64,000 nt of DNA, taken from Amphiscolops sp. MND2022. Lineage: Eukaryota. Position 1 is the stretch's first letter. Each line of letters opens with the position of its first letter. The stretch spans positions 92,506,001 through 92,570,000 of the forward strand of contig OZ076409.1 of NCBI GenBank assembly GCA_964187785.1, read 5' to 3'. The position numbers and the translations under genes are program-made. Below, one piece after another: positions 49,255-61,695 of this stretch. The notes beneath the pieces are model-generated. The model was not told the DNA's origin, made no database searches, and saw nothing but the letters and a program-made list of their open reading frames with translations.

Positions 49255-51255
49255 GTAAAATACTGAACTTACCTTGTCTAAACTACAGCACGAACTAAGG
49301 ATTAACGGAAGCGCAACGTGAAATATCCAAAAATGATCTTGAGCAAAATAGGATTTCCGATTTAAAGTTTTCACATGTAATCACTTTACTACATCCGGTT
49401 TTGTTTCTGATAAATCCATGACAATCTAAATACTAAAAAGAAACATTCATAACACTGGGATCAATTTTTGTCCTCTCCACACTGAAATGAAAACATTAGT
49501 TAATTCCGTGGTCCCAACGGAATGCATGCGATCTAAAATAAGGAAAATACAGAGAGAATTTAATAGACTTGTTTCCAAAGTCTGAAGTAGTTGTTAAAAG
49601 CCACTCAAATTACAGTCAAGTAATTTGAATAAACCTTTACAACGCTATGGCAACGTCAATCAGATAAACAAGTTGCTGGTATTCCTAATTTAACGAACCA
49701 ATAGCGTCGCTGCTAAGGACGGCATGTTTGCGCTCGAGCTAGTAAGAACCATTTTAATGACGTCATTAAGAATGAATTTAAAGATGGCGAATTGCTCCGC
49801 TCTAGCTTCGCTAGCTGCTAAGCTAATCTTAATACGTACGTAGCATCTACGGGACGAATTGTAAGCTAAGGAAACTATAGCTAATCTTAATACGTACGTG
49901 ACACCTACGGGAAAGATTGTAACTTGGCAAAACTATACTTAATGTTAATACATGCAAAATAACTGTGGAAAAATCTGAGACTTAGGGACTAATGCAGTAT
50001 ATCAGGACATTCCTTGGAGCACGTAGAATTTTGTTAGGATAACCAAAATATTGTAGGATTCAATTATTTCCTCCCGATTTTCTCTGTTCTTTAAGCAATC
50101 TAAACGTTCGTGCTGTAGGACCAAGGCAAAAGTGAATTTCTTAATGGAAGGTGCTTTTCTTACTTTTAAGAAAATGATTTACGTACTCAGTACGTCTTAA
50201 AATGTTGTTGCTTTCCATGTTGTTTGTTATTTTGTAACCATGTTTGCTAGTATCATGTAAAAATCACGCAGATTTATCGTTGCCAATTTCTGGTTTATAA
50301 TAACCAAATTTCAGTTTGTATTTGTCACTTTCTCGGTATCATTTGTTCCTTATCAAACATTTAATTTCAGTAATCCAAAAACTTCACCGAAATATTTCCG
50401 TGACGAATTTCGCTTGTCACTCTTTTGCTGCAAGTTGAAAATTTTGCCGCTCATAAGATGAATCATTGTTCATGCCCGCGTGCCTTTCGTGATGGAAGTT
50501 TAACTAGACATTTATTTTGCCGCTCTTTCGAGATTAAACCGGAAATGAGGATGGTGAACAAAAATGAATTCAACAAGTACTCCGCGAAAGGGACGTGACT
50601 AGGAATTTTAAATTATGAACAACTAGTTAAAGGGTTGAAATGATAAGGATGACTAAGTAATTTTTATGAACAAAATGGATTTTTAGGATTCCTAGGAATT
50701 TTTAGGTGAGGAACAAATGATGCTGAGAAGGTATATATAGTTGTAGATACTTTGAAAAATTTAATCAATCTTTTGTTTCCCAATTAATCAATTTGTTCTG
50801 TTGATACAATAAAACTCGCTTCTTCGACGAATTAACACATTTCCGAAGACTTCTCTATCATAAACTTCCAAAGATGACTACTAGAAGCCAGAAAAGGAAA
50901 GCAGTTGAAGAATTAGTCTCTACTGAAATCGAAACACCAGTACCAGAAATTAGTCTGAGCGAGAATCCCGTAGCGGGAACAAGCAAATCTCCCAGAGTCA
51001 TTTCTGAAAACTTAGAAAATATTAAATCGGCTCTGAGAAAAGAGATAATGACTGATCTTACTAAAATCTTAGCCGAGAACCAGAAGGAAATGCTAAAACT
51101 GATAGCTCCAGTAACTAAAAAACAAACCCTAGTTAGAGCTTCTGAAGAAACTGATTCTGATCCCGAGAACATCCCGGAAAATGCAACATCAACACCTATA
51201 AAAACCAAATCCACTGCGACTACTAATAAGATTACCCCGGTAAATAGTCGTAACA
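49160..51255 (+). repeat. 3' LTR of element B
   Basis: Preceded by short purine tract AGAGGGG-CCC, followed by TSD TCCAT. Confidence 0.97.
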
Positions 51256-52379
51256 TCCATATCTATTGATTTTGCTCGGAGTTTATTGAATCTTGAATAT
51301 TTGACAAGCAAGACCGAAGGTTACGTTTTCAAGTAAAATTTTTGAAAGTTGTGCAAACAAACTTTTATCATATCTTTTCGAAACACCACCGGTAGCTACA
51401 CGGTTCAATCCTGAGCCTATGGTTTGTCTCAATAAAGTTAGGTTTTCGAAGGGGTCCATAGCTAGGACTATATTTTCGAAAATTAGGAAAAATCGGAAAA
51501 TTTTACATTTTCGTAGCAATCTCTAGGAATTTCATCCCACCTGTTCCCAAACTGCATTTTGTATACCCCATTGATTCAACGCTCAGGTCAATGAAAGTTC
51601 TTTTTTTCAGAAACGTTCGTGGTTTGAACAAAATTGAAGTTAATTTGTCGAAAAACGAGCTTTTTTGTTGTTTCATTGACTTTGGGTTGTTTTTGAGTCC
51701 AATTCCAACAAACAATTGCAGTTATATCTTCACATTTATCTACTGGATACAAGGAAACGTCATGGTTGAGTTTTTAGAACAACTTTATGCAGGGAAGTAG
51801 CTCAAAAATGGTAGATTGAACGCCTAAAAAACATTTGAAAAAGTTCCAAATACTTGCAATAATTGGGTCTTTCTGAGTAATCTTTTTCCGAAGAAATATG
51901 CAAATTACTTTTTTGAAAACCCCCAGTTGCCTTAAGCGTTTCAACGGGAGCTTTTCGAAGCTTTCAGTTCACCAAAATTTTCCAACCCCAAAAAAAAATT
52001 CATCGAAAATGTCAGAAATTGGCAAATTTTTTGTCATTAGCGAATTTTGCGGTCATTTTTCAGCCATCTTCCACTGGAAGTCTGCAAATATTTTTCTATA
52101 AGAATACTGGACTGTGCGTTCAATCTTTGTTGATCGTTTGCCAACATTCTGACTCCAAAACTATTCAAAAGGTACACAAGTTGCACAAAAACGAAAATGT
52201 TGAAATTTTTCGACACCTTTGGAGTCATTCTGGAGAGTTTTGAGGCAAAACGCTGCAACGCTGTCAAAAAAAGTAATGCATTGCTCGCTCTCTCGTTGTT
52301 CATTTGTTGGAACTTATAACGAAAACTCTCGGAAGTTGTACAGATATTGCCTTAAAACCTACAAACCCTACAAAAACAA

Positions 52380-53070
52380 AAATTTTTCTACAATTTAGGG
52401 TCAATTTGAGGCAATTTTATTTTTAAATTGAATTTATATCTTAACAAAAGCTCACCGAAACAACAAGTTTTCCCATTGTTCTGTGGGTTTTAACATTCTA
52501 TTCGAAGAAGTCTATCGATAGTCTGAGAAAAACTGAACAATCATTTTCGATTTTTCTTCTTTTTTTCCAGGCATCAACACATTCTTTCCTTGTTGACCCT
52601 TTGCAACATTCCAATCAACGAAGTCTGTCAAAAATTTGGAAACAAATGCATAAAACCTTTGGAAAAAGGAAAGTTTTGGGTTTTGTGTCATTTTTGGTGG
52701 CAATTTGAGACATTTTTCATTCAGAAACAGGCAATTATCTCTTCATAGAAGACTAATGGGCAATGAATTCTTACCTCTATGAACGTTTTCAACCTTCTAA
52801 TCCACGGAGTTTGTCCAAATTTTGACAGAAATTGCATAAAAAATGAAGAACTTTAGGTTTTTTGTCATTTTCGGTGTCAATATGAAATCTTTTTTATTTG
52901 GCAAACATCAATTATCTCTTCATTGAAGACTCTTGGACAACGTGTTCGTGCTTTGTTGAACGTTTTCAACATTCTAATCCACGATATCTATCAAACAATT
53001 GACAAAAACCGAAATAAAATGTAAAAATTTGGAAACTTTCTTTTTTTTGGGGTCATTTTCGTGTCATTCT
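52380..53070. repeat. Degenerate ~177-bp tandem repeat
   Basis: CAATTATCTCTTCAT.GAAGACT at ~52732 and ~52909; TTTTCAAC.TTCTAATCCACG at the same spacing. Confidence 0.6.
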
Positions 53071-53561
53071 GGGGTCTTGGGGTCAACAAAAAAAGTCCAG
53101 AAATTTCCACAAATACATATCGCACGAAGCCTAATTTATGTGAGTTGAATTCTATGGGTAACACCTTCGAAGTTAAACATAAATTTGGCAAATTTTGGTA
53201 CAAAAACCGTTTGATTTAAATAGTTTTCTTTCCCGTATGGAGTATGGCCGAAAAATATCAACAAAAAGAGGATTGTTATGACATGCAAAAAGGCTCTTTC
53301 CTAATTGAACATCGGTTCTGGTTTACCGTGAATTAGGTCTATTAAAGATAAAACTTCAATAGGATTCGAAAATAATATCTAGTTATCTTGGTGTTTCGAT
53401 TTTTCGTCATCTTTCAAAAATAAAAGTCCTATTGTTTTGGACTTAAGAAACTTTGGAATAATAACGTTGAACTCCTGTTATTGTCACTTCTTCATTTTCT
53501 CCTGTTTTCTTATTTAAGACAGCGCGAATGCAACGACAACGGATTGAGCGGCTGACAATTT

Positions 53562-54374
53562 CCCCGCGATCGACGACATGGTACGCTTGCCAAGAACCAT
53601 GATAGATCGCTAGCTAGCGTTGCCAAGATCCTACCGTGATCTTACCAAGATCTTGCCAAAGATACCATGATTATGCAACATCATGCCAAGCGTACCATGT
53701 TTTACCATGTTCTTGACAAGGGTTCATTGGTAGCAAATCCGTTTTTTTGGTAACTCCTATTTTCTAATTCTATTTATTTTTATTGCTGAGGGTTCCTATT
53801 GCATTCTCGAACTTCAGGAATTTCAACACGTTACTTCAATAAGTGAGGTATTAGCAAAATTAACAAATCATAGCTAGAAAAGTTGGTTTTCACACCGATA
53901 TCGCAAACCCGCAAGTTGCAATAACTTGATTGGAAGTTTGCTTTGTTTGATAATTTATGATAGTTCTAGCAATGCCGTGCTCTCATGTAACAAAATTCGG
54001 TCAATAGGTGCAGCAAATTTTTGAGAAGTGTTGTTTATTTTGCAGTTTAAAAAACTTTTTTCGATAAACAAAGGTTATGTCCGAAGTTATCACAACGGCT
54101 TGTTCAGAAATTGGAGAGGACAATAAATTTTTTTGAAAAGAATAAATTATTCAATTATACAGCTCACATGTGTTACCTTGGTTATCTTGCCATGATCTTG
54201 CCAAAATCTTGCCAAGATCGTGCCATGATCTTGCCAAGATTTTGCCATGATCTTGTCATGATCTTGACAAGCGTTCATGATTAGCCATTATCTTGACAAG
54301 GTTACCATGGTTAACCATGATTTAGCAAGATTAACCATGATCATGACAAGCTTAGCGTGTCTTCAATTGCTGGG
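53562..54374. mobile_element. Non-autonomous DNA transposon (CMC/EnSpm-like MITE)
   Basis: Imperfect TIR CCCCGCGATCGACGACA / TGTCTTCAATTGCTGGG, TT on both flanks, ATCTTGCCA(A/T)G subterminal arrays like 3863-4718. Confidence 0.7.
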
Positions 54375-57286
54375 TTGGCAGGTTGTCTAGTGATTCTAGC
54401 GTTGACATTACGAGTAAAAGGATAGATAAACTGCCAACATTTTCTGATGTAGCGTTTGTTCTACAATAAGCCAAACAGATTGGGGGTTAAACTCTAACAT
54501 ATTTTTTTCAAAGCCAACCGAGGTCTAATTGACTTGCAGTCGGTAGAAACTAAGGTAAGTTCAGTAAGAACATAGTATCGATACCACCTAAAAAGTCTAA
54601 ACAAACTGAAATGCTACCTACGGAGCATGGTGTATTGAAAAGAAAATATGATGGGGCGGTGGCAGCTTTGAACCACTCAATTGACACTTGTTGGTCCTTG
54701 AGCAATTTCTTCATCCTTAGCTTAGTGGCATGGTCAGTGAGAAAAAAAACGCATTTGGCAGAGAAAAAGCAAAATAAAAAGAGAGCAACGGCTATTTTTG
54801 AGACCTTGAGTTAGCCACTTTGAAACCACATCTTCAAGCCGACCACTGCTTGACTATTTGGCTGCGAAAAAGGTACGGAGAGATAGCACCCGAAAGGAGG
54901 CCGAATTGGAAAAACGGAATTGGCCGAATTTATTTTAGAAAAGCATAAATACGTGCGGAAAAGGTTTTCCTTCGAAAGTACTTGAATCAAACAGATGCAA
55001 AGTAAAGATCGATCAAAAGATGAAAACTTGAAAGACAAAGATCTTTGAAGTCTATCTTGAAACCTCCTCAAGATTTCTCTCTAACTGAACTTCAATTTTA
55101 TTGCATTCTCAAACTAAATTTTAGCATTGGGTTTTCAACAGGCCTCGAAATCTGCAAAATTATCTGTATTATGGAAATGTACAACCTGTTTGTTTACATG
55201 ATGTATATCCTCAATAGAACTCAGATTCCTTGGGAATTTTTCCATGTGCTTCTTGAGACGAAAATTTCATCTCATGATGTAAAAACTGAAGAATAACTTT
55301 GATTATTCCAAATAAAATCTCGAAACGATCATAAGTATTGGGTGTTCCACGTTTAGGGGACAAAATGAAAACTTTAAAACTGTAAATCTGGAAAGCATTT
55401 CAATGTGAAACTTTGAGTCTATGCTGTTAAGATTTGTTAATTTTACATCGTATAATTAATTATTCCTCCAGATGTTAATTTGATCATGTTTTATGTTTTG
55501 TACATCTTTAAAAATTGTTGCATTTGCATTGAAAATGCTATTATCAAATCACTCTTTCAAATTTACTGATGAACAGTTAAGATCTATCAATATTCAGTAT
55601 AGTAGACAAGGAACCCCTACTGTTGTTAAGATACTCTTTTGCAAGGAAAACAGTAAAGTAAAACTAGGCGACCAGGGACAAATTATCAGAGTAGCGATTT
55701 CAAAAGGATCTTGAAAATCTTGCAAAGGCAAGCAAAAAGCCATGTCGTGAGTTGGCCTAGTAGGAGGCCAAGTTTTAGTTTGGACCATTCTCGGTAACCC
55801 ACCAAAGTGGGTGGGGAATTCATCCATGTGATCCACAATTTTTATCTCGAACTTTTGCAGGGATAAAATTGGCCTATCGTGGCAGCAGAATGTAATCTAC
55901 GCCATATATGGTTCGTGCGGGACAGGGCAACCTGTCATGCAACAGACAAAGTCCTTAATTGATACAAAGCAGTGTTAATGAACAAGTAATCAGTCGGATG
56001 AGTTCAGTCGTCTTCAGTCTTTAGATGCCCGGATTTCAACCCTTTAGACTGAGGCACTGTAATAGCTAACGGTTTCTGAATGTATAAAAGAAGTGTGAAG
56101 CAGCTAATTGTTCAATTTCACAGACCCAAATGGTAGTCTAGCATCATTCTTTCAGATGCTTTACTTTGTTGGCAGGTACTTGACAAAGTGTCAAAGTAAC
56201 AACTGCTCTTTTAATGTTTATGAATCTACCACAGGCACCCAATATTCTGGGGTAATGGGATGCACTTCGTAGAAACAGAGAAAACGCTAACATTGGACGA
56301 ACCGATGGACGTAATGAAATAATGCATTTGTAGTTTCTTTGATGAAGATGAAATATTATCTTCAATTCGCTCAATCAATTTCCGACTGGAGTATGCCAAC
56401 TTGCCAATGGACAACACTTTCAGCATCTGATGAACTTCAAACGTCTTTTCCGTGTATGTTCTCTTTCCGTGTACAAAGAGTCATTTTTTGTTAGTTAGGA
56501 AATTTGATATTAGCGTACAATTTTGTCAGCTAGACATGAAACACCTGTGTAAGAGGGTACCTGTGTACCCTATACCATCCCCTCATAGAAAAACCTTCTT
56601 TCTGGCAACTGCACCAAAAGACGAAATATCAAATGAATTCATACTTACAAGATTACATAATTATGGGCATTAGTTCTTCTAAATATCAAGTCTTACACTG
56701 CGAAAGCAAGTATTGATGACATTTGGCTGACTTAATTTTTTACCATCCAATTGTGACCAAATTTTCTTTTTTAAAAAAACACTTAAAATACAATTCTTAA
56801 AGTTTATCAGCAAATAATCTGATGTTGATGGCAGATTTGTAGAAAAAGTTACACAGATTTTACTGAAACAAAGTTGACATTAATTCCTGTTCAAGAATGA
56901 TTCCTTTTTACAACAACGCTTTTCGGCAAAGTGTTCCTCAAGTAAACTATATGGAGCGGATGCGGTAAAAAAGAACCAATTTTAAAATGAGACAAAACAG
57001 CCGATTTTCAAAACGGGACAAATTAGCCGATTTTCAAAACGGAACAAAATGAGTGCTGTTACAGCCAATATGCATGGAACTTGATTTATTTGAAGAGGTT
57101 CATATTTGTTGTATGGCTCGGTTGCTTCGCTCCTTTCGCCAAGTAGCAACATTTGAGGCAGGCTCTGCATCGCTTCGCTCCTGCATTTAGGGTACTAGGG
57201 GTATGTGAACATAGCTGATTACATATTTTTTTGACTGCTAATCTTACGCATTGACAAAATCGGCGATTTTAATTTTACCAATCGGT

Positions 57287-60200
57287 CATCATCGTCGTGT
57301 CCATCCCAATGCCACAAGTCTAAATCAAAGAGTTGCTTGCCACTTCTCAGCTAGTTTCACGGCTTCTGGAGTAGCTTCGAACAACTGGTCCATGGTGGGT
57401 CCGCTGCTTCGGACAATGTGCTCCATTGTTTGCACCTCACCACAAGCACATTTGTTGTCTGTGGTTATGCCCCACTTTTTCAGCGTGTCCTTGCTTCTTC
57501 CTTTCAGGCATCTAAGCCTGTTCAGTGTTTTCCATGTGCACCATTTCAGGGAACCTCCGGATGGTAGGGCCTCGCGATAGTTGGTAGGGTGGAATTTATT
57601 TTTGTTTTGGAGACGCCAGAAACGTTCTTTGTATTTCTCAGGTGGCAATTGGAGAGCAAATTCTTTGTTCAGAAAGCTGTATCTTGACTTGAGTCTTCGG
57701 TTCAATGGAAGCGCGCCGTACAGTGGGTGTCGTGGGTCAGTCTCCTGTTTCTGTTTCTCGGTCATCAGATGGCATTTCCTCCGAATCAAGGGCGGGGCTA
57801 TCCCGCTGAGGTTGTACAGTTGATTGATGGGGGTACTTTTCATGCATCCTGTTATTTTTCGGCAGGTTTCATTGAGTGCGACATCGATGAGCTTCGAGTG
57901 GGTGCTGTCGAGCCAGACCGGGCATGCATATTCAGCCACTGAGTAACACATTGCCAATGCAGTGGTTCTCATTACGTGAGGGTTAGCTCCCCACCTCGAA
58001 TTTGCTAGTTTTGAAAGCAGGTTGTTTCTGGATTGTATTTTACCAGCAAAATTCTCACAGTGTTGCTTGAAACTCAACATTCGATCTAGCGTTACACCAA
58101 GATATTTGGGACCTGCATCATGTTCAATTTTGACGCTGTTCCATTGAAGTTCTAAGGCATGAGCGGCTTGGCGATTATTCAGGTGGAACAAACAACTGAC
58201 TGTTTTCCCGGGGTTCGCTTTCAACCTGTTCGCATGATAGTAGTCGCTAAGCTCTGACAGGCACTTCATCAGCTTTTCCTCCACTTCGCGTTTATTTTTA
58301 CCTTGAGCAAGCGTGGCACGGTCATCAGCATATATGAAGCTTCTTGTATCTGTTGACAGAGGCTGGTCATTTGTGTAAACGTTGAACAGTAAAGGCGCCA
58401 GTACGCCTCCTTGGGGGAGACCATTTTTCGCCACTTTCCACTTACTTTTACGTGGACCCATTTGAACAAAAAAACGCCGATTAGACATCAGTCCTGCTAT
58501 CAAGGAGGTGAGATGTCGGTCTTGGGTCATCTTGAACAGTTTTTGGAGCATAATTTTTTTGTTAACGGTATCGTACGCTGCAGTGAGATCTACAAACACT
58601 GCTCCCGTTAGAAGTTTGTTCTCAAACCCATCTTCGATGTGCTGGCACATTGACAGTATTTGTCCTGTTGAATTCTTTCCGGGTCTGAAACCAGCTTGTT
58701 CTGGTATCATCGCAAGGTCGAGGAGTTTAACGATTCTGTTGTAGATGAGTCGCTCGAACAGTTTCAATCCATGAGATAGTAATGAGATGGGGCGGTAATT
58801 TTCTGGCTTACTTGGGTCTTTCTTTGGTTTAGGGAGAGCGATTACTTTTGCTTGTCGCCATTGTTTGGGTACTCGACACCGTTCTAGACAGTTGCAGTAG
58901 AACTGTAGCAGCCAGTTCCGGGCAATAGGTCCGAAGTGAGTTATTTGCTCATTGAACAGTCCGTCTATGCCGCATGCTTTACCGTTTTTCAGTTCTTTCA
59001 TCGACTCCAAAAGTTCGTTGGGCTCGAAAGGCCGGCATACATGACTCAGGTTATAGCTGGTGCACTTCGGCTGTGGACGACTTTTCCCGCCTTTGAACTT
59101 GCCGTTGGCAATGAGACAACTTGCTACCTGATTTGGAGTGACTTTGGTTTGACCTCGGTCAACTGCTGGGTCACAGTTGAGACGACTGATTTTCTTCCAA
59201 GCCATCCTCGAGCTGTGCTTCATGTCAATAGACTCTATCATTTCCATCCATTGCTGCTGTCTTGATGAACCTATCGATTGTAGCAACTCGTGGCCTAGTT
59301 CGATTGTTTTTTGAGAAAACGGGTCCAGATTGTACTCTTGATTATATGCGTTCAGGAGATCTTTGGCGGACTGTTCCAGTCCAGGAATGTGTTTCGTTCG
59401 GCATCCTCGAGGAATGTTCTTGTTCGATGCCCTACGAACACTGTCTATGAATTTCTCATAATTTTCAACCACGGGATCGAAAGTGAGGTACGATTCGAGG
59501 TCCTCCGAGAAGGATCCCCAGTCACTCTTTCGGAAGTTGTACCTCCTTTGGAAGGGAGTTTCTCTTGCTTTGACCACCGAGGCGACGCGAAGCATGATTG
59601 GGCGGTGCTGTGATCCAGGCACGGCAGGCAGTACAACCTTGGTACACATCTCTTTTATTCTGTCATCGACAAAAATCAGGTCAGGGTTGTATCCTTTTCG
59701 CCATCTGCTACTATGGAAGGAGAACGGCAGCTTAGCATCATGGATGAGTGTCAGGTTGTGTTGCTCCATAAAAGAGATGAGCTCTTTGCCTTTCTCATCT
59801 TCCTCGGCGTATCCCCATTATGGACTATGGCTGTTGAAGTCTCCAATATAGATCATGGGTTCTTCGGTAGTCGACTTCTTCGCCATAGCAAAAACTGAAT
59901 TCGGTGGTTGATAGATGTTATTGACAGTGACATTACTCAGTTTTACTGAAACTTGTTCGGTGTCAAGTGTACTGGCTTTTGTTGTGAATTCGAATGGGGC
60001 GTTTTCTTTCAGGAATATGGCACTTCCATGTTTCTGGTGGGGAATTTCGTTGATAAGGGTGTAATTTGGGATAGCGGGTCTTGCTTGCGTCTCACATCTG
60101 TGTGTTTCTTGCAAGCATAGAACGTCACAATCATAATCGTGACAGAGGGCACTGATGATTTGCGATTTGGCGCTTGAGAATCCCTCGACATTGAAGGATA

Positions 60201-60395
60201 TTACTGTCAGTGCCGACTTCGTTTTTTCCTTAGGCGCGGCACCGCCAAAGGCCCCAGTTCCCGCGGGGGGCGTAGCTTTATCTCTTTGATTTTTGTTGAC
60301 TTTCGGCATTGTGGTTATGGTGGTGTCAAGATTAGCCAGCTATTGCTGTTGCCCAGGGTTCGCGGCGGGGACGCTCTTGACATGACGCTCTTGAC
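57287..60395 (-). mobile_element. Full-length single-ORF non-LTR retrotransposon, Vingi/Ingi-like
   Basis: ~3.1 kb, short 5' UTR, 3' end GGACACGACGATGATG, 41-bp direct repeat at 57246-57286 / 60396-60436; clade assigned from recalled motifs. Confidence 0.85.
57325..60309 (-). pseudogene. APE-RT ORF (994 codons) with one in-frame TAA at 59818-59820
   Basis: SFNVEG, CLQETH, GDFNSH, YNPDL, SQHRP; YRPISL, QAGFR, DLTAAYD, GLPQG, YADD, KYLG; C-terminal CACGEVQTMEH; the two predicted ORFs share one frame. Confidence 0.92.
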
Positions 60396-60436
60396 ACGCA
60401 TTGACAAAATCGGCGATTTTAATTTTACCAATCGGT

Positions 60437-60635
60437 CATCATCGTCGTGTCCATCCCAATGCCACAAGTCTAAATCAAAGAGTTGCTTGCCACTTCTCAG
60501 CTAGTTGCACGGCTTCTGGAGTAGCTTCGAACAACTGGTCCATGGTGAGTCCGCTGCTTCGGACAATGTGCTCCATTGTTTGCACCTCACCACAAGCACA
60601 TTTGTTGTCTGTGGTTATGCCCCACTTTTTCAGCG
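60437..60635 (-). mobile_element. 5'-truncated second copy (3' ~200 bp) of the same LINE
   Basis: Matches 57287-57486 with a few differences, and has the same target junction ACCAATCGGT|CATCATCG. Confidence 0.9.
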
Positions 60636-61161
60636 TCTGATGAACTTCAAACGTCTTTTCCGTGTATGTTCTCTTTCCGTGTACAAAGAGTCATTTTTTG
60701 TTAGTTAGGAAATTTGATATTAGCGTACAATTTTGTCAGCTAGACATGAAACACCTGTGTAAGAGGGTACCTGTGTACCCTATACCATCCCCTCATAGAA
60801 AAACCTTCTTTCTGGCAACTGGACCAAAAGACGAAATATCAAATGAATTCATACTTACAAGATTACATAATTATGGGCATTAGTTCTTCTAAATATCAAG
60901 TCTTACACTGCGAAAGCAAGTATTGATGACATTTGGCTGACTTAATTTTTTACCATCCAATTGTGACCAAATTTTCTTTTTTAAAAAAACACTTAAAATA
61001 CAATTCTTAAAGTTTATCAGCAAATAATCTGATGTTGATGGCAGATTTGTAGAAAAAGTTACACAGATTTTACTGAAACAAAGTTGACATTAATTCCTGT
61101 TCAAGAATGATTCCTTTTTACAACAACGCTTTTCGGCAAAGTGTTCCTCAAGTAAACTATA

Positions 61162-61539
61162 TGGAGCGGATGCGGTAAAAAAAGAACCAATTTTAAAATG
61201 AGACAAAACAGCCGATTTTCAAAACGGGACAAAATGAGTGCTGTTACAGCCAATATGCATGGAACTTGATTTATTTGAAGAGGTTCATATTTGTTGTATG
61301 GCTCGGTTGCTTCGCTCCTTTCGCCAAGTAGCAACATTTGAGGCAGGCTCTGCATCGCTTCGCTCCTGCATTTAGGGTACTAGGGGTATGTGAACATAGC
61401 TGATTACATATTTTTTGACTGCTAATCTTACGCATTGACAAAATCGGCGATTTTAATTTTACCAATCGGTGATTTGGTACTGTTTTAAAATCGGCTGTTT
61501 TGTCCTATTTTGAAAATCGGCTGTTTTGTCCCGCTCCCA
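61162..61539. mobile_element. MITE with TA TSD; target of the LINE insertions
   Basis: TA|TGGAGCGG...CCGCTCCCA|TA with inverted subterminal GACAAAACAGCCGATTTT repeats. Confidence 0.65.
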
Positions 61540-61695
61540 TATGGAGTAAGATAATCAACAGACAAACATCTATTAAAGTTCAGTGTTTCCTCTCTTTCTC
61601 TCAAGTTCCTATTTCTTTTATGAGCTAGCAAAAAGAAAAACTGTCTGAAAATTTAAAAAAATTAGCACTAGTTTGTCATTTAAAAATTCCCAATG

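Larger units (their letters stand above)
38378..51255 (+). mobile_element. Gypsy LTR retrotransposon B (12878 bp), very young, internally deleted gag-pol
   Basis: Two 2096-bp LTRs (TGTCACGAC...GTCGTAACA) with about 4 differences by eye; 5-bp TSD TCCAT (38373-38377, 51256-51260); PBS; domain order RT-RH-IN. Confidence 0.97.
56426..61470. repeat. ~850-bp direct duplication (56426-57286 / 60636-61470) flanking the LINE insertions
   Basis: Near-identical copies; copy 1 has one extra ~26-bp internal repeat unit and a few small differences. Confidence 0.93.

Noticed and set aside
54600..56700. Coding-like minus-strand fragments
   Set aside because: Multiple stops in all frames and no identifiable motif
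59818..59820. Programmed readthrough or two-ORF organisation in the Vingi-like LINE
   Set aside because: The TAA falls inside the conserved endonuclease motif GDFNSHxxxWG, so it is most simply a nonsense mutation
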